Shown here: positions 27,516 through 36,312 of the stretch, one piece after another
Layout of the letters: every line of letters begins with the position of its first letter
Position numbering within the stretch: the stretch's first letter is position 1
NCBI GenBank assembly: GCA_963740085.1
Contig: CAVUCU010000001.1
Location: forward strand, 1,056,001 to 1,120,000
DNA: 64,000 nucleotides
Origin: Nitrospirota bacterium
Lineage (GTDB): Bacteria > Nitrospirota > UBA9217
Reading direction: 5' to 3'
Program-made: the position numbers and the translations under genes
The notes under the pieces: generated by a model
The model's database searches: none
Told to the model about the DNA's origin: nothing
What the model saw: the letters and a program-made list of their open reading frames with translations, nothing else

Positions 27516-28868
27516 TTAGTCTGACACGATCGTCGGTGTAATAAAGATCATAAGCTCCGACTGGTTGTCGATCGTGCTCTTCTTTTTGAAGAGCCAGCCG
27601 ATGACCGGTATCTGCGACAGGAACGGAACCCCGGACTCGACCTCGCTCTCGTTCTTGGTGAGGATGCCGCCGAGTACGATCGTCTCGCCGTTGTTCATGA
27701 CCACCTCGGAGGTCGCATTCCGTTTCGTGATCGTGGGAATGCCGTCCACCTGGTGAGAAAAATCGGGCTCCGACTTTTCCACATTGATCGTCATCGCGAT
27801 CTTGTTGTCGTTCGTAATGGTCGGAGTGGCCGACAACCCGAGGCTTGCGGATATCATCTGTACTGAGGCGGTATTGATGCTTCCCCCGGTGGTTTGGGCG
27901 GTGGCGCTTACCGTCCTGACCGGTATATCGGTGCCGCTCGATATCTTCGCCTCCTTATTGTTCATGGTCATTACCTTGGGACTGGACAGGATCTTGCCGT
28001 TGCCCGTGGACTGCATGGCGGACAGCTGGAGATCGAGCGTCAGGTTCCCTCCCAGCTTGCCGAAACTTATACCGAGCGCGCCGCCCGAACCAACCCCCAC
28101 ACTGGCCGGCAGGTTCACCACGAAGGCGTTGCCGCTCGCGCCGATATCGCCGGTCTGGGGATAGAGAACGGTGCCGCCGACAACGGCTGTCTGGCCGCCG
28201 GTCGTGCCGCCGCTCATCACCGTGGTCCCCTTGGAGCTGGTACTTGAATACTGCCCTCCCCACTGCACCCCGAACTCTCGCACGTAATTACTCGACACCT
28301 CCACGATCTTTGCCTCGATCAGGACCTGCGGCATTTTGACATCAAGTTCCTTGAGCAGCCGCGCCATGCGGTCAAGGTTCAACGAAAGGTCCCTGACCAC
28401 AAGCGCGTTCATTCTGCTGTCCTCGGAGATCCTCGCTGACGGATTGTCGCTTTTAAGGATGGGCAGGATGTCCTTGCTCTTTGCGTGCTGCAGTGGAAAG
28501 ACCCTTGTTTCCATGTCATTATCTCTCGCCTCGGCCACGGAGAGGACGCGGACCATGTTGCCGTCGCGGACATAGGTGAGCCCCTTGGTCTTGAGAATGG
28601 ATTCGAGCGCAGCCCAGATATCGACGTTTTTGATGCTCAGGGAGACCTTTCCACTCACCGCATCGCTCACGATCATGTTCAGGTTCGCCGCCTGTCCCAC
28701 GGCCCTCAGTACGTCCTTGATCTCGGCATCCCTGAACTCCATGGAAAACTCCGCATGCGTTTTCTTAATGTCGACGGTCTGGGCGGGAGCCGGCGCCGCG
28801 ATCAACCATAGGGCGACGCTCGCAAGCGTTACCAGACGAATCACAGATCTGGCTGTACAGGGAACCAT
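27516..28868 (-). CDS. pilQ: Type IV pilus secretin
   Basis: STN/N domains, QVLIEAKIVEV, LSSPKV, VPFLSQIPVIGWLF, ELMIFITP. Confidence 0.88.
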   Translation of the reverse strand: MVPCTARSVIRLVTLASVALWLIAAPAPAQTVDIKKTHAEFSMEFRDAEIKDVLRAVGQAANLNMIVSDAVSGKVSLSIKNVDIWAALESILKTKGLTYVRDGNMVRVLSVAEARDNDMETRVFPLQHAKSKDILPILKSDNPSARISEDSRMNALVVRDLSLNLDRMARLLKELDVKMPQVLIEAKIVEVSSNYVREFGVQWGGQYSSTSSKGTTVMSGGTTGGQTAVVGGTVLYPQTGDIGASGNAFVVNLPASVGVGSGGALGISFGKLGGNLTLDLQLSAMQSTGNGKILSSPKVMTMNNKEAKISSGTDIPVRTVSATAQTTGGSINTASVQMISASLGLSATPTITNDNKIAMTINVEKSEPDFSHQVDGIPTITKRNATSEVVMNNGETIVLGGILTKNESEVESGVPFLSQIPVIGWLFKKKSTIDNQSELMIFITPTIVSD

Positions 28869-28977
28869 AGTCACCTCCGGGCGAGCTGACGGAATCACGG
28901 GGTCCGGGGGGTGAGACGACATCGCCTTCAGACCCTTCAGACTCCATAAACTCAACAGACTCGATAAACTCTCTTCC

Positions 28978-29400
28978 TCACTTATTCACGGTAAAATCTT
29001 CGAGGAACACTTCTTCCTTTTCGCCGGCGGCGCTCTGGAACACCACGCTCCGCCTGCGGATTTCCACCAGTTTCCTGTCGCCGACCTTGCTGCCTTCCTG
29101 ATACGTCTCGCCGCCGAAGATGGCCAACCGGACGTCCTGGCTGTAAATAATGCCGGTCAGCGCGCGCTCGCCGGGAGCAGGCGCTCCATTCTGTGCCGGC
29201 CCCTTGCCGGCCAGGGGATTGTTGAACGGGTCCCTCCCCCACGGGCTCTCAGCAGTCCCGCCCGGGCGGATCGTTGTCACGGCAGGCCGGTCCGCGGAGG
29301 GATAGAAGGGGTCTCTCTCCACTGCCCGTTCCTGCGCCCCTGCAGCGGTCATGGAGAAAGCCGACACCACCGTTGCGATGATTACTAGTTTTTTCCACAT
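28978..29400 (-). CDS. PilP/MshK-like assembly protein
   Basis: Signal peptide, two RDPF motifs, LTGIIYS...AIF; position between pilO and pilQ. Confidence 0.65.
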   Translation of the reverse strand: MWKKLVIIATVVSAFSMTAAGAQERAVERDPFYPSADRPAVTTIRPGGTAESPWGRDPFNNPLAGKGPAQNGAPAPGERALTGIIYSQDVRLAIFGGETYQEGSKVGDRKLVEIRRRSVVFQSAAGEKEEVFLEDFTVNK

Positions 29401-29505
29401 AGAGAACTGTTCTTTCGCTCTCGCTCGATGAACGACGGATGACCGCTCGCTTGGAAGAAAGTCGATTGATCAGCAATCGCCCATCCTCCCTTGCTCCTCC
29501 TCACG

Positions 29506-30063
29506 TCACTTCGCCATATACGTGACCGCCTCGATCTGTGCCGCGCACACGGAAGACGAATCCGGACAGGATTCGATGCGGATCTTGCGGACGTTCACGA
29601 CCTTGGACAGATGCTCAAGGCGTTTGAAATATTCCCCAAGCTCGCGGTAACGGCCTTTCAGGTCCAGGTTCATCGATATCTCTTTGTACTTATCCTTACT
29701 GATTTCCTGGGTGGGATGGACCGCCACCAGACTTACCCCCATGCGCCGCGCAGTGCCGGACACATCTTCGAGGAACAGGACCGCGCTCTTCTGGTCGGCC
29801 AAATCCCATCCTGCGGAAGCCGACATATCAATGGACGCACGCCGCTTGAGCTCAATGATCTGAGCCGACTCGTCGAGGATGTCCTTTTCCATGGCGCTGA
29901 TGCGCATCTGGTCGGAACTCAGCGACCGCGCCAGCATGGAATAGGGAAATTGATAGAGGAACCCCGAGAGAACGCAGAACAGGGTGATTGCCACGATGAT
30001 ACGCTCCCGCTTCGTGAGCTTTCGCCACAAGACGGCAATGCGTGAGGATATATCCGCCATCAT
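29506..30063 (-). CDS. pilO: Type IV pilus assembly protein PilO
   Basis: LTKRER, single TM, LKGRYRELGEYF. Confidence 0.8.
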   Translation of the reverse strand: MMADISSRIAVLWRKLTKRERIIVAITLFCVLSGFLYQFPYSMLARSLSSDQMRISAMEKDILDESAQIIELKRRASIDMSASAGWDLADQKSAVLFLEDVSGTARRMGVSLVAVHPTQEISKDKYKEISMNLDLKGRYRELGEYFKRLEHLSKVVNVRKIRIESCPDSSSVCAAQIEAVTYMAK

Positions 30064-30632
30064 CGAGCCCCCTCCGCTTTCTTTATGCCGCAGATGATCT
30101 CAAACCCGACTATATCCCGCCCCTGGACAACGGCCTTCTGGGCATAGGAAAGCTGCGGATGTACGAAATATCCCGATTTTTCCATGGAAACCATAAAATC
30201 GGCTATTGAGATATAATTGAATGCTCCGCCCTTGATCTTGATCTCCGCCTTGCCCTCGGCACTGCCTTCAAGGTAATCGAACCAAAGCCCTGTGGGGACA
30301 ATGAGCGAGAGCTGCTTGAATACCTCTGACCACTTCACCCGCTCGTGCAAAATATCCTGGATCAGCGCGGCCTTGTCCCGCGTCATTCCCGACGGAGAGA
30401 CGACGGCAAGCTCTTTGCGCAAGGCGTCTGCCTGCAACTGGATGGTCTGTTGCTGTGAGCTCAGCGTCCTGATCCGGTTTTGCAACAACCGGTACTGCCG
30501 CACCTGCAGACCGAACAATCCCAGCCACACCAGAATGAACACCAGTGCCAGGAGAGCGCCCCACGTGGCAAAGGGAGAGGGCTTCTTTACCTCCTGCGGC
30601 AGCAGATTGATGTAGTCTTTTATCGGTTTCAT
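30060..30632 (-). CDS. pilN: Type IV pilus assembly protein PilN
   Basis: INLLP motif, TM, coiled coil, IVPTGLWF. Confidence 0.85.
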   Translation of the reverse strand: MKPIKDYINLLPQEVKKPSPFATWGALLALVFILVWLGLFGLQVRQYRLLQNRIRTLSSQQQTIQLQADALRKELAVVSPSGMTRDKAALIQDILHERVKWSEVFKQLSLIVPTGLWFDYLEGSAEGKAEIKIKGGAFNYISIADFMVSMEKSGYFVHPQLSYAQKAVVQGRDIVGFEIICGIKKAEGAR

Positions 30633-30669
30633 GATCTTGTTATAGTTCACTCCTGGAGCTGATCTTTCT

Positions 30670-30814
30670 AATCCCAACCCGGACAAACCGGAACCAAAAG
30701 CGCCTCTCGCAGAGCACGCGGAGATTGCAGCGTTAAATTAAAACCTTCAGTTCTTTGTCTTTACCCGGAATATTTTTTGCTACTTTTCTCTCCGAGTTCT
30801 GCGCCCCCGCGAGA
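30670..30814. repeat. Inverted-repeat element related to 7661-7795
   Basis: Head CCCGGACAAACCGGAA, arms TCTCGCAGAGCACGCGGAG / CTCCGAGTTCTGCGCCCCCGCGAGA. Confidence 0.6.
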
Positions 30815-30825
30815 AAAATTGATTG

Positions 30826-31851
30826 TTACCCTTTTCTCAACGCCAGCCCGATAGCTGCCGAAAAACGCGGCGCAACCGGTCCGAACTCTTCAAGCATGTT
30901 CTTCCCGCAGGTCAGGCCGTCAAAAGGCCGGTCGATCTGTACCGTACCCTCCAGTGACTGGGCGATATAGTCCTTGAGCCCGCGCATGAGTGATACGCCG
31001 CCGCTCATGATCATGCCCTCTACGGTTTTTTCCCGGAACGTGGTTTTATAATATTCAACAGACCGCCGGATCTCCATCATCAGGCCGTCGACCCGCGGCT
31101 GAAGCGCCGCGATCGCCGGGTCCTGATCTGCCGGCGTCAGAATGTTCAGGGTGCGTTTCTTGTCCTCCGCCTCCTCAAAACCGATGTTCAACGTTTCGGC
31201 GATCGCGCGGGTCATGTCCAGACCCCCGCTCTCGACGCAGCGGCTGAAGCGGAGCATTCCGCCCTTGTAAACATTGACCTCGGTTTTGCCCGCGCCGAGG
31301 TCCACGACAAGGATGTTTTCGTCGACGGGCATCTCGCGGGTCCGGATAACATTGCGGAGGGCCAGGGCGTTTGCGTCAACGGCGGACACTTTGATCTTTG
31401 CATCATTGAACGGCGCCAACTGCTCAAGCACCTTCGCCCGTTCAGCGGCCACCATGATGAGGTCGTACTTCTCCACCGAGCCCTCGAGTTTTTCACCGAC
31501 AATGAGGTATTCGATCTGGGCGGAATCGACAGGATAGGAAATATGCCGCTTCGCCTCCCAGCGGACCGCCTCGCGCAGCTCGTTGAGCGGCATCTTGGGC
31601 AGGGTGAGCGAGCGGATCGTCAGATGCCTGCCGGGCATCAGCGTGACGACGTTGGCACCGCCGATCTTCTTGTCGGTCTGGAGATGGTGAAGGTCGCTGC
31701 CGACGTTCGCCACTACGGCCGGATCGGGAGACAATTCCACAAGCATGGCCGACACAAGTTTCGGACGACTCCCGCCCCCTGACAGGCGCACGACCTTGAT
31801 GCTTCCCGCGCCGATGTCAACCCCTGTTATGTCTTTTGAAAAAAGTCCCAT
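30826..31851 (-). CDS. pilM: Type IV pilus assembly protein PilM
   Basis: GVDIGAGSIK, VDLGAGKT, SGG, AIGLALR (actin-like fold). Confidence 0.9.
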   Translation of the reverse strand: MGLFSKDITGVDIGAGSIKVVRLSGGGSRPKLVSAMLVELSPDPAVVANVGSDLHHLQTDKKIGGANVVTLMPGRHLTIRSLTLPKMPLNELREAVRWEAKRHISYPVDSAQIEYLIVGEKLEGSVEKYDLIMVAAERAKVLEQLAPFNDAKIKVSAVDANALALRNVIRTREMPVDENILVVDLGAGKTEVNVYKGGMLRFSRCVESGGLDMTRAIAETLNIGFEEAEDKKRTLNILTPADQDPAIAALQPRVDGLMMEIRRSVEYYKTTFREKTVEGMIMSGGVSLMRGLKDYIAQSLEGTVQIDRPFDGLTCGKNMLEEFGPVAPRFSAAIGLALRKG

Positions 31852-31949
31852 AAAATAAAAAGTTCAGCGTTCAAAGTTCAGAGTTGCAAAATTTGGTCCT
31901 ATCTTCTTCTCCTTCTGCAATCCGTCAATCCACAATCAGCAATCTCTTT

Positions 31950-32192
31950 TCAACTACCCGCCTTCTCCGTCTTGAGTTCTTCAGAAGCCATCTGGAACGC
32001 TATCTTGTGTTTGTACCCGCGCCGCAGGTATTTCCAGATCACCCGGACCCGTTCGTAGTCCTGCTTGCTGTATTCCCGCGCCTCCAGGTCGCCCATGGGG
32101 ATGCGTTTCGGGTTTATATACCCCTTCTGCTCGAGGTAATAAAGTTTGTGCCTCGGGATATCGAGCTTGCTGATGATTTCGGACGTTTTCAT
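31950..32192 (-). CDS. Small MerR-like HTH DNA-binding protein
   Basis: LYYLEQKGYINP...REYS..D, no effector domain. Confidence 0.75.
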   Translation of the reverse strand: MKTSEIISKLDIPRHKLYYLEQKGYINPKRIPMGDLEAREYSKQDYERVRVIWKYLRRGYKHKIAFQMASEELKTEKAGS

Positions 32193-32554
32193 GTGCCTTC
32201 TCCCCAACAGGGACTGGATCCCAAAATAAGGTTAAATCTAAGTTTGAGTTTGAGTTTGGGTTTAATTTTATATAGATTGCATAAAAAATAGCTTATATCA
32301 CGGCGTTTGTCAAGGAAGAAAATGTTTATTTTCAATTTAATTTATAACCGAAAAAACCGACCTTAGTATGGCAACTAATGAGCAGGCGATCTTCGCAGCC
32401 GATGAGCCCAGCCCTTCTCCGCTTGACAAGAGATAACAGCCCGGGCCGCGCTCTGACAGCTTCGCTTTCTGTTTTGTTGGTTGTGTTCTTCGGATAACCC
32501 TATTGTTGAATGGTCTCCCGCCAGACTACCCGCGGCCGCTCATAGAATGTGTGA

Positions 32555-34612
32555 TCACGGATACATCTCTTTCCAGTCAAGCAAAATGAGCGGGTTATTG
32601 CGTCGTTCGGCAGCGAGACACACCCGTTCCATGACAGGAGCCGCAACGGTCGGTCCGCCCCAGGCGGTGAATTTCGCCGACCATACCACGCCGCCTGATG
32701 TCAGATGGCTCTCCCAGATATCTTTCGTTGCAGAGGTTGAGCTTTCATATATGCCGGACAACACCGCACCGGACACCGGGTGCGCCGCCATCTGGACCAG
32801 ACTCGTATCGTCTCCTGTCGTCGCGATGCCGCCCCATGCAGCCCCGGTCCATTGTCTTCGACTGAGCTTGGAGCCGTTCCCCCACAAGATCCAAGCCCCG
32901 CCCGCATTCGCAGCGGCGGTTTCATATACAAGATCGAAATTTCTGCTGGCATCCTCAAGACTGTTATCATGCTGAAGCCCCGTGGCATCCCAAGCCGCAC
33001 CGTTCCATAGAGAGGTGTTCAGATCGCTGCCGCTGTCCTGTACGCCGAGCATGATCTGGTTAGAATAGGGATCAGGTGCAAGTCGCACCCACCTCGCGGT
33101 GTGATTTCCTATGCTATTTATCCTCTGATCCGGAAAAGTGAGTAAGCTTGCGCTTGCGCCATCCCAGATTTTATAGCCGATATATCGAGTTGCGTTCGTA
33201 CCCCAGGCAAACAGTGCCCTTCCTGACTGCTGCTCATAGGCCACATGGATCGATTTGGTTGCGGACGTGGAGCCCCCTGTATCCCAGACTGCAGCAGCCC
33301 CCATATTATCCCAGGCAACGCCGGTCCAGCGTAGCCCATAAACATACACATTGGTCGATCCGAGCACTATCATGGCGATTTCGTTGCTTGCGCTTAATGG
33401 ATTGCGGGCAATCTCGATCCAGCGCGGGACACCGATACTGGCCGAAGCGAGATTCTGGCTTGCTTGAGCTGTCCACGAAAATCCGTCCCAAATGCGGTAG
33501 GAAATCTGGTTGGCGACATTTCTGCTATAGACGACCATTGCGCGATCGCCGCTTGTTTCGTACTCGACATCAAACCCCCGATATGCCGAGTTGGCCGCCG
33601 AAGCGTTGCCCATAAGGGTTGTCGCACCCCAGCCCACACCATTCCATACCTGCACCCTGATATCGCCGGTCGAGTCAAGCGTTCCGAGAATTGCCTCGTC
33701 CCGGGTCCGTGCAAATCTCAAGATCATATACTGAATGGTCCTCCCGGCGCCAACAGAATTAGCCTGAAACTCCGCGCCCCAGGCAGTCCCGTCCCAACGC
33801 CGGCAATACGGGATCGGATCACCGTTCGCTTTCGCATAGACCATCATGGCTCCTGAACTGATATTTTGCATACCACTGCGTGTCACAACGCGCTGTGCGC
33901 TGCCGACAAAACCAGTGGACATGATTGTATATTGAAAAACATTGCTCCCAAGCAGATGTGCGGCAGCCGGAGATCCCTTGTAACCTCGCGCGCAGCTTGT
34001 GAACTGCGTTGTTCCATTGACGCTTGCGCAAAAGATATACTCCGAATCTATGGCGATCACGCCGGGGATGTTGAACCCGACGTTCGACGTGACGTTGATC
34101 GTTGTGCTCCCGATAGGGAGCGGGTTATCGGTGACCGTCGTCACAGGGTAAACCGCGTTGCCGGCTGTATGGGCGCTGGCAGCCGTGCCTCCCGCGCCGC
34201 GAACAACGCCGGCATTAAATTGCGTGGCATTCTTGCCGGTGTACGTGATCAACTCAGAATCAATACTGATGCGACCCGCGTTCGGGAAGGTTGCGGTAGA
34301 CTGAACAGTTATCGTCGTCCCTGCCGCTCCCGGATCAACCGTCAGATACGTGGGAGTGGAAACCGTAAAGCTTCCCGTGCCAAGGCCCATGGGACCGGCC
34401 ATTGAGTAATTAGGGAACGCCCGGTTCGCCAGTATATACTCCATTCCCCCCTCGGCAACGGAAAGCGCCTGGGCGGATCGAAGGTCGTTTACCGATGTAA
34501 AAGTGCTCGTGCTGGTCATCGTCAGAAACATCACGCCCATGAACGCGAGCACAACGATGATGAATATCGCCGCGATGAGAGAGACGCCCTTTGCATTATC
34601 CTTCAATGTCAT
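32555..34612 (-). CDS. PilX/MshP-like minor pilin fused to an adhesin-like C-terminus
   Basis: G|VSLIAAIF leader, QALSVAEGGME, two internal repeats, WDG/WNG-rich beta region. Confidence 0.75.
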   Translation of the reverse strand: MTLKDNAKGVSLIAAIFIIVVLAFMGVMFLTMTSTSTFTSVNDLRSAQALSVAEGGMEYILANRAFPNYSMAGPMGLGTGSFTVSTPTYLTVDPGAAGTTITVQSTATFPNAGRISIDSELITYTGKNATQFNAGVVRGAGGTAASAHTAGNAVYPVTTVTDNPLPIGSTTINVTSNVGFNIPGVIAIDSEYIFCASVNGTTQFTSCARGYKGSPAAAHLLGSNVFQYTIMSTGFVGSAQRVVTRSGMQNISSGAMMVYAKANGDPIPYCRRWDGTAWGAEFQANSVGAGRTIQYMILRFARTRDEAILGTLDSTGDIRVQVWNGVGWGATTLMGNASAANSAYRGFDVEYETSGDRAMVVYSRNVANQISYRIWDGFSWTAQASQNLASASIGVPRWIEIARNPLSASNEIAMIVLGSTNVYVYGLRWTGVAWDNMGAAAVWDTGGSTSATKSIHVAYEQQSGRALFAWGTNATRYIGYKIWDGASASLLTFPDQRINSIGNHTARWVRLAPDPYSNQIMLGVQDSGSDLNTSLWNGAAWDATGLQHDNSLEDASRNFDLVYETAAANAGGAWILWGNGSKLSRRQWTGAAWGGIATTGDDTSLVQMAAHPVSGAVLSGIYESSTSATKDIWESHLTSGGVVWSAKFTAWGGPTVAAPVMERVCLAAERRNNPLILLDWKEMYP

Positions 34613-34663
34613 CTCCGCCCCAGCATATCCTGACCCGTGACCCTTGCCCCTTGACTCTGTTAT

Positions 34664-35254
34664 TTAGAAATTCCTCGGATGCACCCTGGTTCGCATCTGC
34701 AGAGATTCCGAACCCTGTGTATCGGTTAGATTGATCTCAACAAACCAGAGGTTTACTGCTGTTGCTCCTCCGGTTCCGGTCGAATCGAGATACGTGAATG
34801 TCAGCGGGTTAACTCCGCTCGAAGCTAGGGCGTTCCACCCACCCCATGCCACCGGGCTGCACGTCGGGCTCTCACGCCGGTTCAAGGCCGCGCCCGCAAG
34901 CTGAAATTCTACCGCTTTTCCGGTCACATCACAAAAAATCAAGTCTGTGGCGGCCATCGTTGGGATATCGCCAGCTGTCTGGGTCCGGATCATCCGGATT
35001 TCCCTGGCCATTCGCTCCATGGCAAGCCCGGCCTGGTAGTGGACGTCGCTGAGGTCCTGCTCAGCGGTATACGCCTTCATACCCTGCAGGATGATTATTG
35101 CAGCAATGCTGGAAATGATTCCGACTATCACAATGGTTATGACGATTTCGATAAGGGTGAAGCCGTTTGATTTCGGAGTGCGGAGGGTGGGATGCGAAAT
35201 GACGGCCGCCCCGCAACGCGCAACTCGCAGCCCGTTTTTATTCTTTTTCAGCAT
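34664..35254 (-). CDS. Minor pilin (MshO/PilW-like)
   Basis: G|FTLIE, AMERMAREIR, ends PRNF. Confidence 0.85.
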   Translation of the reverse strand: MLKKNKNGLRVARCGAAVISHPTLRTPKSNGFTLIEIVITIVIVGIISSIAAIIILQGMKAYTAEQDLSDVHYQAGLAMERMAREIRMIRTQTAGDIPTMAATDLIFCDVTGKAVEFQLAGAALNRRESPTCSPVAWGGWNALASSGVNPLTFTYLDSTGTGGATAVNLWFVEINLTDTQGSESLQMRTRVHPRNF

Positions 35255-35263
35255 ATGCACCCT

Positions 35264-35707
35264 TTAATAATTCGTCACAAGCGTATCCAAGGCTATTCCC
35301 CCGATGAGCGCATTGGTCACGGTCACCGTTGCGCGCGCATAACCTGAAGCGCATGGCGGAGCGCCGGTACCGGTGTTCACATCCAGCGCAGTCACGCACA
35401 CAACCGCCCTTGCCCACGAGAATGCGGCATACGGCGCGGGAAACGCCCCCCCGGCATTCGGCACAACAGCATTGAACCCGCCTGACTTCCGAAGCGCGAT
35501 CACATCGTCCATCTTCTCCTGCGCCAGAGAGACCGCCTGGCTAAGGATCAGCGGATTTGCGCTTCCCTTCATGCCGGTGGTAAAGACGGAAAGCACTCCG
35601 ATAGCCGCAATCGAGAGAATCACGAGGGTAATGATTGTCTCGATCAGCGTGAAGCCGCTCTCTCCTGACTTCTGGCTCCTGACTCTTGACCTATTGTTCC
35701 ATATCAT
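35264..35707 (-). CDS. Minor pilin (MshD/PilV-like)
   Basis: G|FTLIE, QAVSLAQEKMD, ends TNY. Confidence 0.85.
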   Translation of the reverse strand: MIWNNRSRVRSQKSGESGFTLIETIITLVILSIAAIGVLSVFTTGMKGSANPLILSQAVSLAQEKMDDVIALRKSGGFNAVVPNAGGAFPAPYAAFSWARAVVCVTALDVNTGTGAPPCASGYARATVTVTNALIGGIALDTLVTNY

Positions 35708-36240
35708 CAATTCACCGCTCCGGTCTGCATGGTAACCGACACCCTCATGGTCGTATCACCATTCACATCTGCTGTCATGGTTGCAGCCAGTGGAACCTTT
35801 GAGCACGCACCGGCGCCGCACGTATAGGGCCGTCCGATGGAATCATATTCAAGGCAGGTAATTGATGGGGCAGGAATAGTAATACCCGCAAAATTTCCGG
35901 CATTCAACGTAACGAGCATATTCCCCCCGCCAGCTGGGTCAGAAGCTAACACGAATGCGCTGCAATTACCAGTGCCGCTGTTGTCAATTCCTATGGTGTA
36001 ACCCTGCGCCGGGGCCATAACCGGGGCCGGACCTGTTCCATTGAAATACACCCTTGTCCGCTTCCCTCGCGTCATTGCCAGGTTCTGCGCGTAGCGGATA
36101 TCGGCGCGCAATTTTTCAGCAAACGCCGCGGCGTTCGTCGCCGTCACGTTACCCAGTCTCGGTGCAGCAAAGACCGCTATAATCCCGATGAGCACGAGAA
36201 CCATGACAAGTTCTATGAGGGTGAAACCTTTTCGGTTCAT
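35707..36240 (-). CDS. Minor pilin (MshC/FimT/GspH-like)
   Basis: G|FTLIE, DIRYAQNLAM, YDSIGRP. Confidence 0.85.
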   Translation of the reverse strand: MNRKGFTLIELVMVLVLIGIIAVFAAPRLGNVTATNAAAFAEKLRADIRYAQNLAMTRGKRTRVYFNGTGPAPVMAPAQGYTIGIDNSGTGNCSAFVLASDPAGGGNMLVTLNAGNFAGITIPAPSITCLEYDSIGRPYTCGAGACSKVPLAATMTADVNGDTTMRVSVTMQTGAVN

Positions 36241-36312
36241 GGTGTTCACAGTATAACAACATCCTTTGGATAATTCAAGATTTTGAGCCTTTCAGAATGC
36301 CTCTCCAGGCTG

